Source: Promethearchaeia archaeon
GTDB taxonomy: Archaea > Asgardarchaeota > Lokiarchaeia > Sigyniarchaeales > SOKP01
Reading direction: 5' to 3'
Length of the DNA stretch: 64,000 bases
NCBI GenBank assembly: GCA_029856155.1
Contig: JAHQWL010000040.1
Span: 125,032 to 189,031 of the forward strand
In this document: piece by piece, positions 10,483 to 18,750 of the stretch
Layout: the number at the start of each line of letters is the position of its first letter
How positions within the stretch are numbered: the stretch's first letter is position 1
Made by a program: the position numbers and the translations under genes
Notes under the pieces: generated by a model
What the model saw: the letters and a program-made list of their open reading frames with translations, nothing else
Databases searched by the model: none
Told to the model about the DNA's origin: nothing

Positions 10483-10668
10483 ATGAGCTCAGAAATTAGT
10501 GAAGAAGTTAAGAAAGAAATTTTTGACTTAATTTCGACTCCTGGAATTGAGATTGAAGATATTAGCGAAAAGGTAAACTTAGATTGTGATACAATTATGA
10601 ATATTTTATCTGAAGAATACTTAAAACATGATTTGAATCATGGTCGTAGGCTATGTTGTAGATTTTAA
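10483..10668 (+). CDS. Small hypothetical protein, HTH-like, ending in CCRF
   Basis: 61-aa ATG ORF filling an intergenic gap. Confidence 0.55.
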   Translation: MSSEISEEVKKEIFDLISTPGIEIEDISEKVNLDCDTIMNILSEEYLKHDLNHGRRLCCRF

Positions 10669-10746
10669 TTTAATTCTGGAAAAATTTTTTAATGTTGTTT
10701 TATTCTAAAACTTACTAAGTTTAAAAAAATATTATTCTAAGAAACT

Positions 10747-10820
10747 TAGGACGCAAATTTGTGCGGTTTCAATATAATAAAAATATTGAAATGGAAATAA
10801 ATTGTAATTTCGCGTTCCTA
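10747..10820. repeat. Imperfect long inverted repeat/hairpin upstream of rpl11
   Basis: TAGGACGCAAATT...AATTTCGCGTTCCTA outer stem and inner TTTCAATAT/ATATTGAAA stem. Confidence 0.5.
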
Positions 10821-10872
10821 CCTTTTAGAATATTTTTTAAACCCAGATTTATTAAAAAAACGGTGAGAGTAT

Positions 10873-11440
10873 ATGAGTGAAAAAGGAAAAATTGTTGTAA
10901 AGGCTCTTGTGACTGGTGGGAGTGCTTATATTTAATAATCATTTCGATTAAACCCCAAATGCATCAGGAGGGCCGCCTATTGCATAAAGCGTATCGCTTT
11001 TGTCAAATTAAGGTAAAGGTCCCTCCGTAGGCCCCACGGGCATAAATATAAAAGACGTGGTCGACGAAATCAACAAGCAGACACAGGTATTTAGGGGGTT
11101 AACGGTACCCGTTAGAATTGAATGCGATCCAGAGACAAAGCAATTTGAAATCTTCATTGAAACGCCTTCTACAGCATCATTATTACTGAAAGAAGTTGGT
11201 GTTGAAAAAGGGAGTTCTAGTTGTTCAGAAACAAAAATAGGAAATTTGACACTTGATCAAGTTCAAAACGTAGTGAAGGCTAAAACAGATAAATTTTTGG
11301 ATAAAACAATTAAAGCAGGTATAAAAACAGTGTTAGGTACAGCATTATCAGTGGGGTTAACGGTAGAAGGGCAAGATCCAAGAGCAATCCAAAAAAAAAT
11401 AGATAATGGGGAATTTGATGATATCATAAGAGGTGATTAA
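10873..11440 (+). CDS. rpl11: Ribosomal protein uL11 split by two introns, join(10873..10922,10960..10980,11017..11440), 164 aa
   Basis: Spliced N-terminus [46 protein letters not shown] matches the uL11 signature; GGTGA before ATG 10873; first gene of L11-L1-L10-L12. Confidence 0.92.
10923..10959 (+). other. rpl11 intron 1 (37 nt, relaxed BHB)
   Basis: Central helix TGGG(10917-20)/CCCA(10954-57), bulges AG^T and AA^T, inner hairpin TAATC/GATTA; contains stop and frameshift; junction could slide 1-3 nt on a TGC repeat. Confidence 0.8.
10981..11016 (+). other. rpl11 intron 2 (36 nt, BHB)
   Basis: Outer helix GGAGGGCC/GG(T)CCCTCC, central helix GCCT(10975-78)/AGGT(11011-14), bulges AT^T and AA^A, inner hairpin AAAGCG/CGCTTT; contains in-frame TAA. 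Confidence 0.87.
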
Positions 11441-11446
11441 GAAAAT

Positions 11447-12175
11447 TTGAAAGTCGATGATAAATTATTAAAGAAATCGTTAAACGCTGCTATTAATTTT
11501 TCTATAATGAAGAAAGAAGGATTTAAAGAAAAAGTTAGGAAATTCGACGAGTCTATTGATCTCATAATTAATATTAAAGATATTAACTTAAACGATCCAA
11601 AAAACAGAATTGATAAAGAAATTATCTTATCAAATGAAGTAGTTTCAAATGATAAGCCTAGTATTTGTGTAATTGCGTCAGATGAGATTTTACTAGAGGC
11701 GAAAAAACTTGGGATAGACACTCTAGATTCCAGCGGTTTGATTAATTTGAATAATGAAGAGAAAAAATATAAGAAAAAATTTGCCAAAAAATATGAATAT
11801 TTTGTTGTAGAAGATAAAATGATGAGAGATGTTGCTCGATACTTAGCAAGATTTCTTGGTCCAGTTGGTAAAATGCCAAAACCTTTCCCTACAGGATATG
11901 GGATCATTTCCAGCCCAGAAGATTTAAACGTCGCTTATGAGCGATATAAAAAAATAATTAGGATTCAAATGAAAAAGCAACCAATTATTTTCGCTAAAAT
12001 CGGTAAAAAATCTCTGGACAGGGAGAAGTTATATGAAAATATTAAGGTTGTAGTGAATTTTATTGCTGATCAAATGCCACATAAATTTAACAACTTTAAA
12101 TCTATGTATCTTAAATCTACAATGGGAAAACCCGTGAAAGTGACAGAAGAGTTCCTAAAAAGTATTGAGGTGTGA
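11447..12175 (+). CDS. rpl1: Ribosomal protein uL1
   Basis: RKFDESIDLIIN, LGPVGKMP, YLKSTMGKP; operon position. Confidence 0.93.
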   Translation: MKVDDKLLKKSLNAAINFSIMKKEGFKEKVRKFDESIDLIINIKDINLNDPKNRIDKEIILSNEVVSNDKPSICVIASDEILLEAKKLGIDTLDSSGLINLNNEEKKYKKKFAKKYEYFVVEDKMMRDVARYLARFLGPVGKMPKPFPTGYGIISSPEDLNVAYERYKKIIRIQMKKQPIIFAKIGKKSLDREKLYENIKVVVNFIADQMPHKFNNFKSMYLKSTMGKPVKVTEEFLKSIEV

Positions 12176-12179
12176 AATA

Positions 12180-13073
12180 ATGATTAAAAAAAAACATATA
12201 CCACAATGGAAGATAGATGAAATTAATCATTTAATTGATTTATTTAAAAATTATAAGAACATCGCTGTAATCGATGTTGCTCATATAAACGATATGCAAT
12301 TTCAAACAATGAGGAAAATTTTGAGAGAAAAAGCAATATTTAGGATGTCTAAAAAATCACTTCAATTACGAGCAATAGAAGGGTTTAAAAGTGAAGCTAA
12401 AAAGAAAAACTTAGATGAATTTGCAAATCATATTCCTGGACAATCTAGTCTTGTATTTACAAATATTGATCTTTTTGAATTAAAAAAGATATTTCTTGAA
12501 AATGAGTGGATGGTACCAGCAAAACCCAATGAAGTTACTCCCGTAGATATATGGGTTCCAGCGGGTGATACTGGTTTGCCCACAGGACAAGTAATTAGTG
12601 AATTGAATATGACATTGCGATTACCAACGAGAATTATGAATGATACGATACACGTTCGTGAAGATACAAGAACCCATAAAGCTGGTGATGTAGTTAATGT
12701 TAAGCAAGCAGCAGTTTTAAAAAAGTTGGGAATTACACCAATAGAATCATTGATAAGAATTCACTTTGCGTGGAGCGACGGTGAAATAATCCCTGAAGAA
12801 ATCTTATATATGGATATGGTAAAATTCAGACATGATGTTGCGAGAGCTTATAGAGAGGCACTAGGAATTCTTTTTGACATGCCATTCTATTCAGAGGAAA
12901 TGACGGATGAATATATTCGGAAAGCTGTATCTGAATGTAATACAATAGAAGCAATGATCTTTGGAGAGGGGATCAAGTTATCAGCTGAACCAGAATCTAA
13001 AGTTGAAGAAAAAGAGGCTGAAGAGGAACCCGAGGAGGAAGAAGAAGTTGGTATTGGAGGTCTTTTTGGATAA
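12180..13073 (+). CDS. rpl10: Ribosomal protein uL10 (P0)
   Basis: IPQWK, VPAGDTG, acidic tail ending GIGGLFG; ATG 12180 after SD. Confidence 0.93.
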   Translation: MIKKKHIPQWKIDEINHLIDLFKNYKNIAVIDVAHINDMQFQTMRKILREKAIFRMSKKSLQLRAIEGFKSEAKKKNLDEFANHIPGQSSLVFTNIDLFELKKIFLENEWMVPAKPNEVTPVDIWVPAGDTGLPTGQVISELNMTLRLPTRIMNDTIHVREDTRTHKAGDVVNVKQAAVLKKLGITPIESLIRIHFAWSDGEIIPEEILYMDMVKFRHDVARAYREALGILFDMPFYSEEMTDEYIRKAVSECNTIEAMIFGEGIKLSAEPESKVEEKEAEEEPEEEEEVGIGGLFG

Positions 13074-13148
13074 AAAATTAAGATTTTTTGAAATTTTACT
13101 TAAAATTACTAATATTAAGATAAAAAAATAAAAAAGAGGTTAAATTTT

Positions 13149-13439
13149 ATGGAAAGTATTTACGCTGCCTTATTATTACATAAAGCTGGAGGAAAAATTA
13201 ACGAAGCGAATGTACAAAAGGTATTAACTGCCGCAGGTGCGAAAGTTGATAAAGATCAAATCGTTAAATTAATTGCTGGATTAAAGGAAGCAGATATTGA
13301 TGAAATTATAAAATCTGCTGGGTCTATGCCGGTAATTGCAGCTCCTGCTGGAGGAAAAACTGAAAAAAAGCAGGAAAAAAAGCAGGAAAAAGAAGAAGAA
13401 GTCGAAGAAGAGCCTACGGGGATTGGATCCCTTTTTTAA
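13149..13439 (+). CDS. rpl12: Ribosomal stalk protein P1 (archaeal L12)
   Basis: MESIYAALLLH...acidic tail GIGSLF. Confidence 0.93.
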   Translation: MESIYAALLLHKAGGKINEANVQKVLTAAGAKVDKDQIVKLIAGLKEADIDEIIKSAGSMPVIAAPAGGKTEKKQEKKQEKEEEVEEEPTGIGSLF

Positions 13440-13811
13440 GCACACTAAGAAACAATTCCTTAACTGAGAAAGCAATTTGGCAAATAAAATAATAAATATT
13501 AATAAAAAAATAACAGAAAAGGAAGATTTATATAAACCGATTTTAATTTTAAATTAAATCGTTAGAATTTTATTTAATTAATTTTGGTTTTTATAACATA
13601 AACGACAGATATTTTTTTATTTACTTTTTTTGTATTTTATAATTTTACTGTAAATAAGTAAATCATTATCATATTAGATACATCATTAAATCGCAAACTT
13701 TTTTTAAAATTCTATTTTTTTAAAATTACACTTCAAATTTAAGAATTTGATATTAATAACATAGTGCAATTATCACCAAATATTCAAAAAAACTTACGTT
13801 GCTGATTAAAT

Positions 13812-15299
13812 ATGGCTGGAAAGTTCCTTAAATTCTTCACACCATTCGTAAAAGCAATGCCGGAAATCAAACAGCCGCAGCGTGAGGTTAGTTTTAAAGA
13901 AAAATTCATTTGGACAGCGGTTGTACTTATTATTTATTTAATATTAAGTAATATTCCTCTATACGGTGTAAACCTTGCAGAATCAACTGATTATTTCTAT
14001 TGGTTAAGAGTTATTCTTGCTAGTCAGAGAGGAACATTGACGGAATTAGGTATAGGTCCGATAGTCACAGCGGGTCTTATTATGCAATTGCTTCTAGGGT
14101 CTAAAATAATCAATGTAAATATGGCTGATCCATATGATAGAGCTATGTTTAGTGGAGCTCAAAAAGTGATGGCAGTGTTTTTAACCATTTTCAATGCTAT
14201 AGCATATATTGCGGGAGGAGCATTTGGAAAATTAGGAGGCGCTGATGGAATAGGTATACAGGGAGCATTTTTTATTTTCTTTCAATTACTATTTGCGGGA
14301 ATAATTATAATATTATTAGATGAATTGCTTCAAAAGGGATGGGGTCTTGGCAGCGGAGTTTCCTTATTTATAGCAGCAGGGGTTGCAGGTCAAATATTTT
14401 GGAATTGTTTCAGCTGGGTTCCAGCTCAAGATAATCTTCCTAGAGGGGTTGTTATCGCTTTCTTTACCGTGTTATTTGATGGAAAATCTAGCACAAATCT
14501 AGGGCAGATTTTATTAAGAGGTCCCTTTCCCTCGTTAGTTGGTATAATTACCACCGTCACTATCTTTCTTTTAGTGATTTGGTTTGAATCTACACGCATT
14601 GAAATCCCACTTGCATATCGAGGCTATCGAGGTTTTAAAGGGAAATATCCGATGAAATTGCTTTATGTTTCAAATATTCCTGTAATTTTGGTTAATGCAT
14701 TATATGCCAACGTTTTATTCTTTGGGCAATTGTTCGCGGGTCCGTATTCAGGAATACGAGCTAGTAATGGTGGATTGATTGATGATTTTTGGGTTAATTT
14801 AATAGGTATATTCAAAATTGAAGAAGGGACCGGTACTGTGGGAGGAAACCAACTTATACCTACATCTGGGTTGATATATTTACTTACTCCGCCATTGGGA
14901 ATTGATCAAGTGGCATCAGATCCATTCCGTGCAATCTTTTATCTGGTAGTATTTATTTTTCTTTGCATATTGCTCGGCCGAGTTTGGGTTGAAGTTTCGG
15001 GTCTTTCGCCCAGAGATATCGCAGATCAAATAATAGATTCAAAGATGCAGGTTCCCGGGTTCAGGAGCTCAGCGAAAATAATCGAGCGAATTTTAAAAAG
15101 GTACATCCCGACTTTGGTGATTTTAAACGGAATCATTATCGCGGTGTTAAGTTTTACTGCAGATACGTTAAGGGCTCTAACTTCAGGCACGGGATTACTA
15201 ATTGCTATAGGAATTATCCATAATTATGCCGAGACAATCAGTAAAGAGCTAGCTGCGAGTCAGTATCCAGGCATGCGTGCAATGCTTGGAATGGATTAA
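13812..15299 (+). CDS. secY: Protein translocase SecY/Sec61 alpha
   Basis: GTLTELGIGPIVTAGLIMQLL, KGWGLGSGVSLFIA, YPMKLLYVSNIPVIL. Confidence 0.96.
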   Translation: MAGKFLKFFTPFVKAMPEIKQPQREVSFKEKFIWTAVVLIIYLILSNIPLYGVNLAESTDYFYWLRVILASQRGTLTELGIGPIVTAGLIMQLLLGSKIINVNMADPYDRAMFSGAQKVMAVFLTIFNAIAYIAGGAFGKLGGADGIGIQGAFFIFFQLLFAGIIIILLDELLQKGWGLGSGVSLFIAAGVAGQIFWNCFSWVPAQDNLPRGVVIAFFTVLFDGKSSTNLGQILLRGPFPSLVGIITTVTIFLLVIWFESTRIEIPLAYRGYRGFKGKYPMKLLYVSNIPVILVNALYANVLFFGQLFAGPYSGIRASNGGLIDDFWVNLIGIFKIEEGTGTVGGNQLIPTSGLIYLLTPPLGIDQVASDPFRAIFYLVVFIFLCILLGRVWVEVSGLSPRDIADQIIDSKMQVPGFRSSAKIIERILKRYIPTLVILNGIIIAVLSFTADTLRALTSGTGLLIAIGIIHNYAETISKELAASQYPGMRAMLGMD

Positions 15300-15507
15300 A
15301 TCCATAGTTAAATAGAAAATCACTGATGAAGATTACAGGCAAGAAATAATACTTTAATTCAGATAAAGATTATCTTATCGTCTCAAATTATTTGTGCTAC
15401 ATTTTAAACATTTATTTTAGAGATTCATTCCTCTATAAAGAGAAAAAATTTCAAAAGAACAAGACAACAACAATTATATTAAAAAAAAAGCCCTAAATAT
15501 TCTTAAC

Positions 15508-15939
15508 CTAATAAATTAGGAATTTATTATAGACACACATAGTCATAAAGTCGTCAACATCTTGCTGTGTATCTCCAAAAATTTTCACTGTGTGTCCAGA
15601 ATCAGTTTTTTGAATGTCAACCCGAAATCCAGATTGAAGTGCAATACGTTCAATCATCATAGATTCAATTTTTGAATTATGTCCTTCTAGATGATGCTCT
15701 GCAAAATGATCTCCTTTAGCTAATGTACGACAATGTCCTACTTGGCATGATTTCTCCTCTCCCCTTTGATTTCTATAAGTGCAATGTCCCATATCGGACT
15801 CTGGTTTTTCCAACAAGGTTACAACTCCACTACCTGCTGTCTCGATAAAACAAAATATCAAATCACCAATTTCAGCATTTTTTATTAAGTCGAGCGCAAG
15901 TTGTTTATGTAATTTGGATAAAAACTTACTATATTTCAT
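15508..15939 (-). CDS. Hypothetical His/Cys-containing protein (ATG 15939 preferred over TTG 16083)
   Basis: Open frame MKYSKFLSK...YNKFLIY; no family recognised. Confidence 0.55.
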   Translation of the reverse strand: MKYSKFLSKLHKQLALDLIKNAEIGDLIFCFIETAGSGVVTLLEKPESDMGHCTYRNQRGEEKSCQVGHCRTLAKGDHFAEHHLEGHNSKIESMMIERIALQSGFRVDIQKTDSGHTVKIFGDTQQDVDDFMTMCVYNKFLIY

Positions 15940-16137
15940 TTCCTCTTGAATTGGAGGGCACGCTTGACTGAGTAGGGACTTTGCGGTCTCTTTATCTTGA
16001 TTTACCCAACTAGCCAAAACCCACAATATTTGATGATTCAATTTAAAGTTCTTGGCATTGATAAGTCTCCTGAACCTGATCAAACAGTTTCTGTTGAGAC
16101 CCTAGTTATTTGGTTATTTTTTATAACAGGTTCTCTT

Positions 16138-16368
16138 GCATCGTTTTATTTGCTTTATATTTCAGCTAAGATATTAAAGCAGAAGCTACGAGATAAACGA
16201 AATCTTATCAATTTTTTAAATAATATTGAAGGATTAAAACTGTTTAAGAAGGAATTAGTTAAACGATTTAGGAATGTTGAAAACCTTAGAAAAGCATCAA
16301 AAGAAGAGATTGCTCAAATTGTTGGAAAAAAATTAGCTAATAAAATCTATTTATCTTTAGTTAGCTAG
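16138..16368 (+). pseudogene. Possible remnant of a UvrC-like C-terminal helix-hairpin-helix region
   Basis: KLRDKR...LNNIEG...KELVKRFRNVENLRKASKEEIAQIVGKKLANKIY; an HRF motif lies upstream in another frame. Confidence 0.45.
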
Positions 16369-16535
16369 ATTAGATTTAGACTAATAGTAAAATAAGTCGA
16401 AGAAAGCGTTATTTGTATTAAAAAAATCTTATATTTTCTCAATTAATTAGAATATTTTAAAATTTTAGATAGGTTTTTCTGAAAAGAACCTCATCTGAAA
16501 AGTTTATTACAATTTTAATATAATTAAATATTGAT

Positions 16536-17138
16536 ATGTTGTTTTCAATCTTTCAAAATGCATTTTTGGATTTGATTACCACTCCTCCTGGATCAATGAT
16601 ATTTGTTCTATTGTTAGCTTTAACAACAGCATTAATAAGTGCTCTTTTGACAAAATGGTTGGTAGATACAAAAGAAATAAACCGGAAACAAACACAAACC
16701 AAAGCTCATGAAGAAGAAAAACAAAAGATCATCGATTTGGCTGAAGTAGACCCAGAACGTTATAGAAAAGCTCGAAAAAGATGGGAACGGAAAGATGCTA
16801 TGGTAAAAAAGTCTCAACAAAAAATGTCACTTCAAAGGATGAAACCAACGTGTATAACCTTTGTTCCAATGATTATTATTTTTGGTATTGTGAATACGTT
16901 GTTTAGAGGAGCTCCAGTTGCTCTTAGTCCTATGAATGCTAATGATGTTCCTTTAATAGGAAATTTTATCAGTTCTGGCTCAGTTTGGATCAATTTTACA
17001 GCTTGGTATTTCCTATGTTCATTAGGAATTAATACATTAACACAAAGATTGCTGAAACTTCAGTCACAAGCTTCTGGTGGTATGGGGGGAATGTTTGCAG
17101 GGCAAAAAGCAAAAGCCTTAGAATTTCCTGATGTTTAA
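16536..17138 (+). CDS. DUF106 / EMC3-TMCO1 (Oxa1 superfamily) membrane insertase
   Basis: TM, coiled coil, MKP..ITFVPMI, WYFLCS; usual position after secY. Confidence 0.88.
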   Translation: MLFSIFQNAFLDLITTPPGSMIFVLLLALTTALISALLTKWLVDTKEINRKQTQTKAHEEEKQKIIDLAEVDPERYRKARKRWERKDAMVKKSQQKMSLQRMKPTCITFVPMIIIFGIVNTLFRGAPVALSPMNANDVPLIGNFISSGSVWINFTAWYFLCSLGINTLTQRLLKLQSQASGGMGGMFAGQKAKALEFPDV

Positions 17139-17163
17139 TTTAACATATCTATAGAGAGAAATA

Positions 17164-17296
17164 CGCAACGGGAGGGATTTATTCCTATAAGAAGAGCTTT
17201 CTTATATTTTGAACCCCCGAGTGCATTCACACACTGGCTTTCTGGGTGAGACTTACCACTCCAAGCCAGCGCCGTACCGGGCTAGGCAACCGTTGC
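17164..17296 (-). tRNA. tRNA-Ser(GGA) with two BHB introns (17240..17258 at 37/38; 17179..17208 at 58/59)
   Basis: Acceptor GCAACGG/CCGTTGC, long variable arm, discriminator G; loops TTGGAGA and TTCAAAT restored after BHB cleavage. Confidence 0.9.
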
Positions 17297-17344
17297 ATTT
17301 AAAAAATAAAAATAAAATGTTTATTATGTTACTCTTTATTCTGA

Positions 17345-17617
17345 CTATTTTATTGGGATAGAGATAACTTCCTTCATTTTCTTTTCTAATTTAGCTTTTT
17401 TGATTGCAGTTTCTACCTGTTCATGTGATGCTCCTTTTTTAATTTCTATTGTTTCTGTGATTGGTTCGATATGTCTATAATTTACTCTTCTTCTTCGGAC
17501 TTTTAATCCGTCAATCAGCAAGTAATTTTTATCAATAATATCAACAATTACACAACGATATCCTGCCTCTCTTCCCATAGTTTTAACACATAGTCTACCA
17601 ATATCATATACGCTCAT
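17345..17617 (-). CDS. rpl14e: Ribosomal protein eL14
   Basis: IGRLCVKTMGREAG, VRRRRVNYRHIEP; ATG 17617 after GGTGA. Confidence 0.93.
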   Translation of the reverse strand: MSVYDIGRLCVKTMGREAGYRCVIVDIIDKNYLLIDGLKVRRRRVNYRHIEPITETIEIKKGASHEQVETAIKKAKLEKKMKEVISIPIK

Positions 17618-17757
17618 ATAATTTGTCACCAAATTATTTTTAGATAATTCTTAATTACTGGCTATTTTTAATATCCAGTAAACGTAATTAATTTATAGTA
17701 TTATTATAAATCAATATTAAAATAAAATTTTTATGTTTTTTAAAACTTAAAAGATAA

Positions 17758-18291
17758 TTACAATTTTTTTAATTTTGTAAGAATTTTTTCTACGATATCT
17801 TCGATTGTGAGGTTTTCTGTGTTTATTATAAGATCATATATTCTTTTTAAAGTCTCTTGATCACTCAAATCAATGTCATAGAGACTTTTAAATCGTTCCA
17901 ATTCTGATTTTTCTCTTAATTTAGTTTCTTTTAATTTTTTTTCATAATCTGTATTGTCTCTTTCAGCCATCCGTTTAACTCTGATTTCTAAAGGACATAA
18001 TAATATTATTTTAAAATCCGCTATAGTTTTCAGAATGTGCCCACTTAATTGACTATCAATAATTATATTCCTTTTTTGAGCAATTTTTTCAATTTTCTCA
18101 TCTAGTCTTTCATCAATTTTAGGATTTTTTTCTACATATTTAGTAAATTCTTCTAAAGTCATATTCATTTCTTGCGCTAGATCTCTGAAAGCTTGTCCAG
18201 TACTATAATATTGGATTCCGAGCTTTTCTGCTATCAATTTTCCTATTGTAGATTTTCCAGTTCCATGAAGCCCTGAAATGGTTATTATCAT
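17758..18291 (-). CDS. cmk: Cytidylate kinase (archaeal)
   Basis: ITISGLHGTGKST; L34e-cmk-L14e order. Confidence 0.9.
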   Translation of the reverse strand: MIITISGLHGTGKSTIGKLIAEKLGIQYYSTGQAFRDLAQEMNMTLEEFTKYVEKNPKIDERLDEKIEKIAQKRNIIIDSQLSGHILKTIADFKIILLCPLEIRVKRMAERDNTDYEKKLKETKLREKSELERFKSLYDIDLSDQETLKRIYDLIINTENLTIEDIVEKILTKLKKL

Positions 18292-18394
18292 TGTTTTTAG
18301 TTATTTTAAATTTAAATATTAATTCAATTAAGAAGAATAATATTTATGATTTTTACGATTACAGGAATAGAATCTAAAAAAAATCAGAGAACTA

Positions 18395-18664
18395 TTATTG
18401 AGTCCAAACAGTCTGTTTTATTAAAGTTTGAAGACAATTTGCACAATACCTTCCACTTTCCACTCTATTTGCTCTTCTTGAGGTCATTTGGGTTTTAACC
18501 ATTTTAGCAGGTCGTAATCTTGGAACAGACTGAAGAGGTCTTTTACAAATCGCACAATTTGCTCTTTTGGGTTTTTTTCTCCAATAATGAGTGACATTTC
18601 GGTTCCCAGGTGTGCTTAGTTTTTTTCTTGCTTGAGCTTTAGATCGTAAGCCTGGACGTGGAAT
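18395..18664 (-). CDS. rpl34e: Ribosomal protein eL34 (not in ORF track; probable ATT start)
   Basis: (M)PRPGLRSKAQARKKLSTPGNRNVTHYWRKKPKRANCAICKRPLQSVPR...RANRVESGRYCANCLQTLIK; 89 aa. Confidence 0.92.
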   Translation of the reverse strand: MPRPGLRSKAQARKKLSTPGNRNVTHYWRKKPKRANCAICKRPLQSVPRLRPAKMVKTQMTSRRANRVESGRYCANCLQTLIKQTVWTQ

Positions 18665-18750
18665 AATAATTACCTTATATTTTTTTTCAAGATGATAATT
18701 AAATTATATGATTTTAAATAACAGAGAAAATATTAATTTTATTGTTTTGT

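Noticed and set aside
11057-11440. 127-aa L11 starting at GTG 11057 as the whole protein
   Set aside because: It lacks the conserved N-terminal GG..GPP.GP segment, which is present upstream in split form behind an SD and ATG
14453-14461. TATCGCTTT in secY resembling the intron core
   Set aside because: Partial match inside an uninterrupted TM helix (VIAF), with no BHB seen
15323-15350. CTGATGA...GAAA as a hammerhead core or C box
   Set aside because: No stem II and no suitably placed D box
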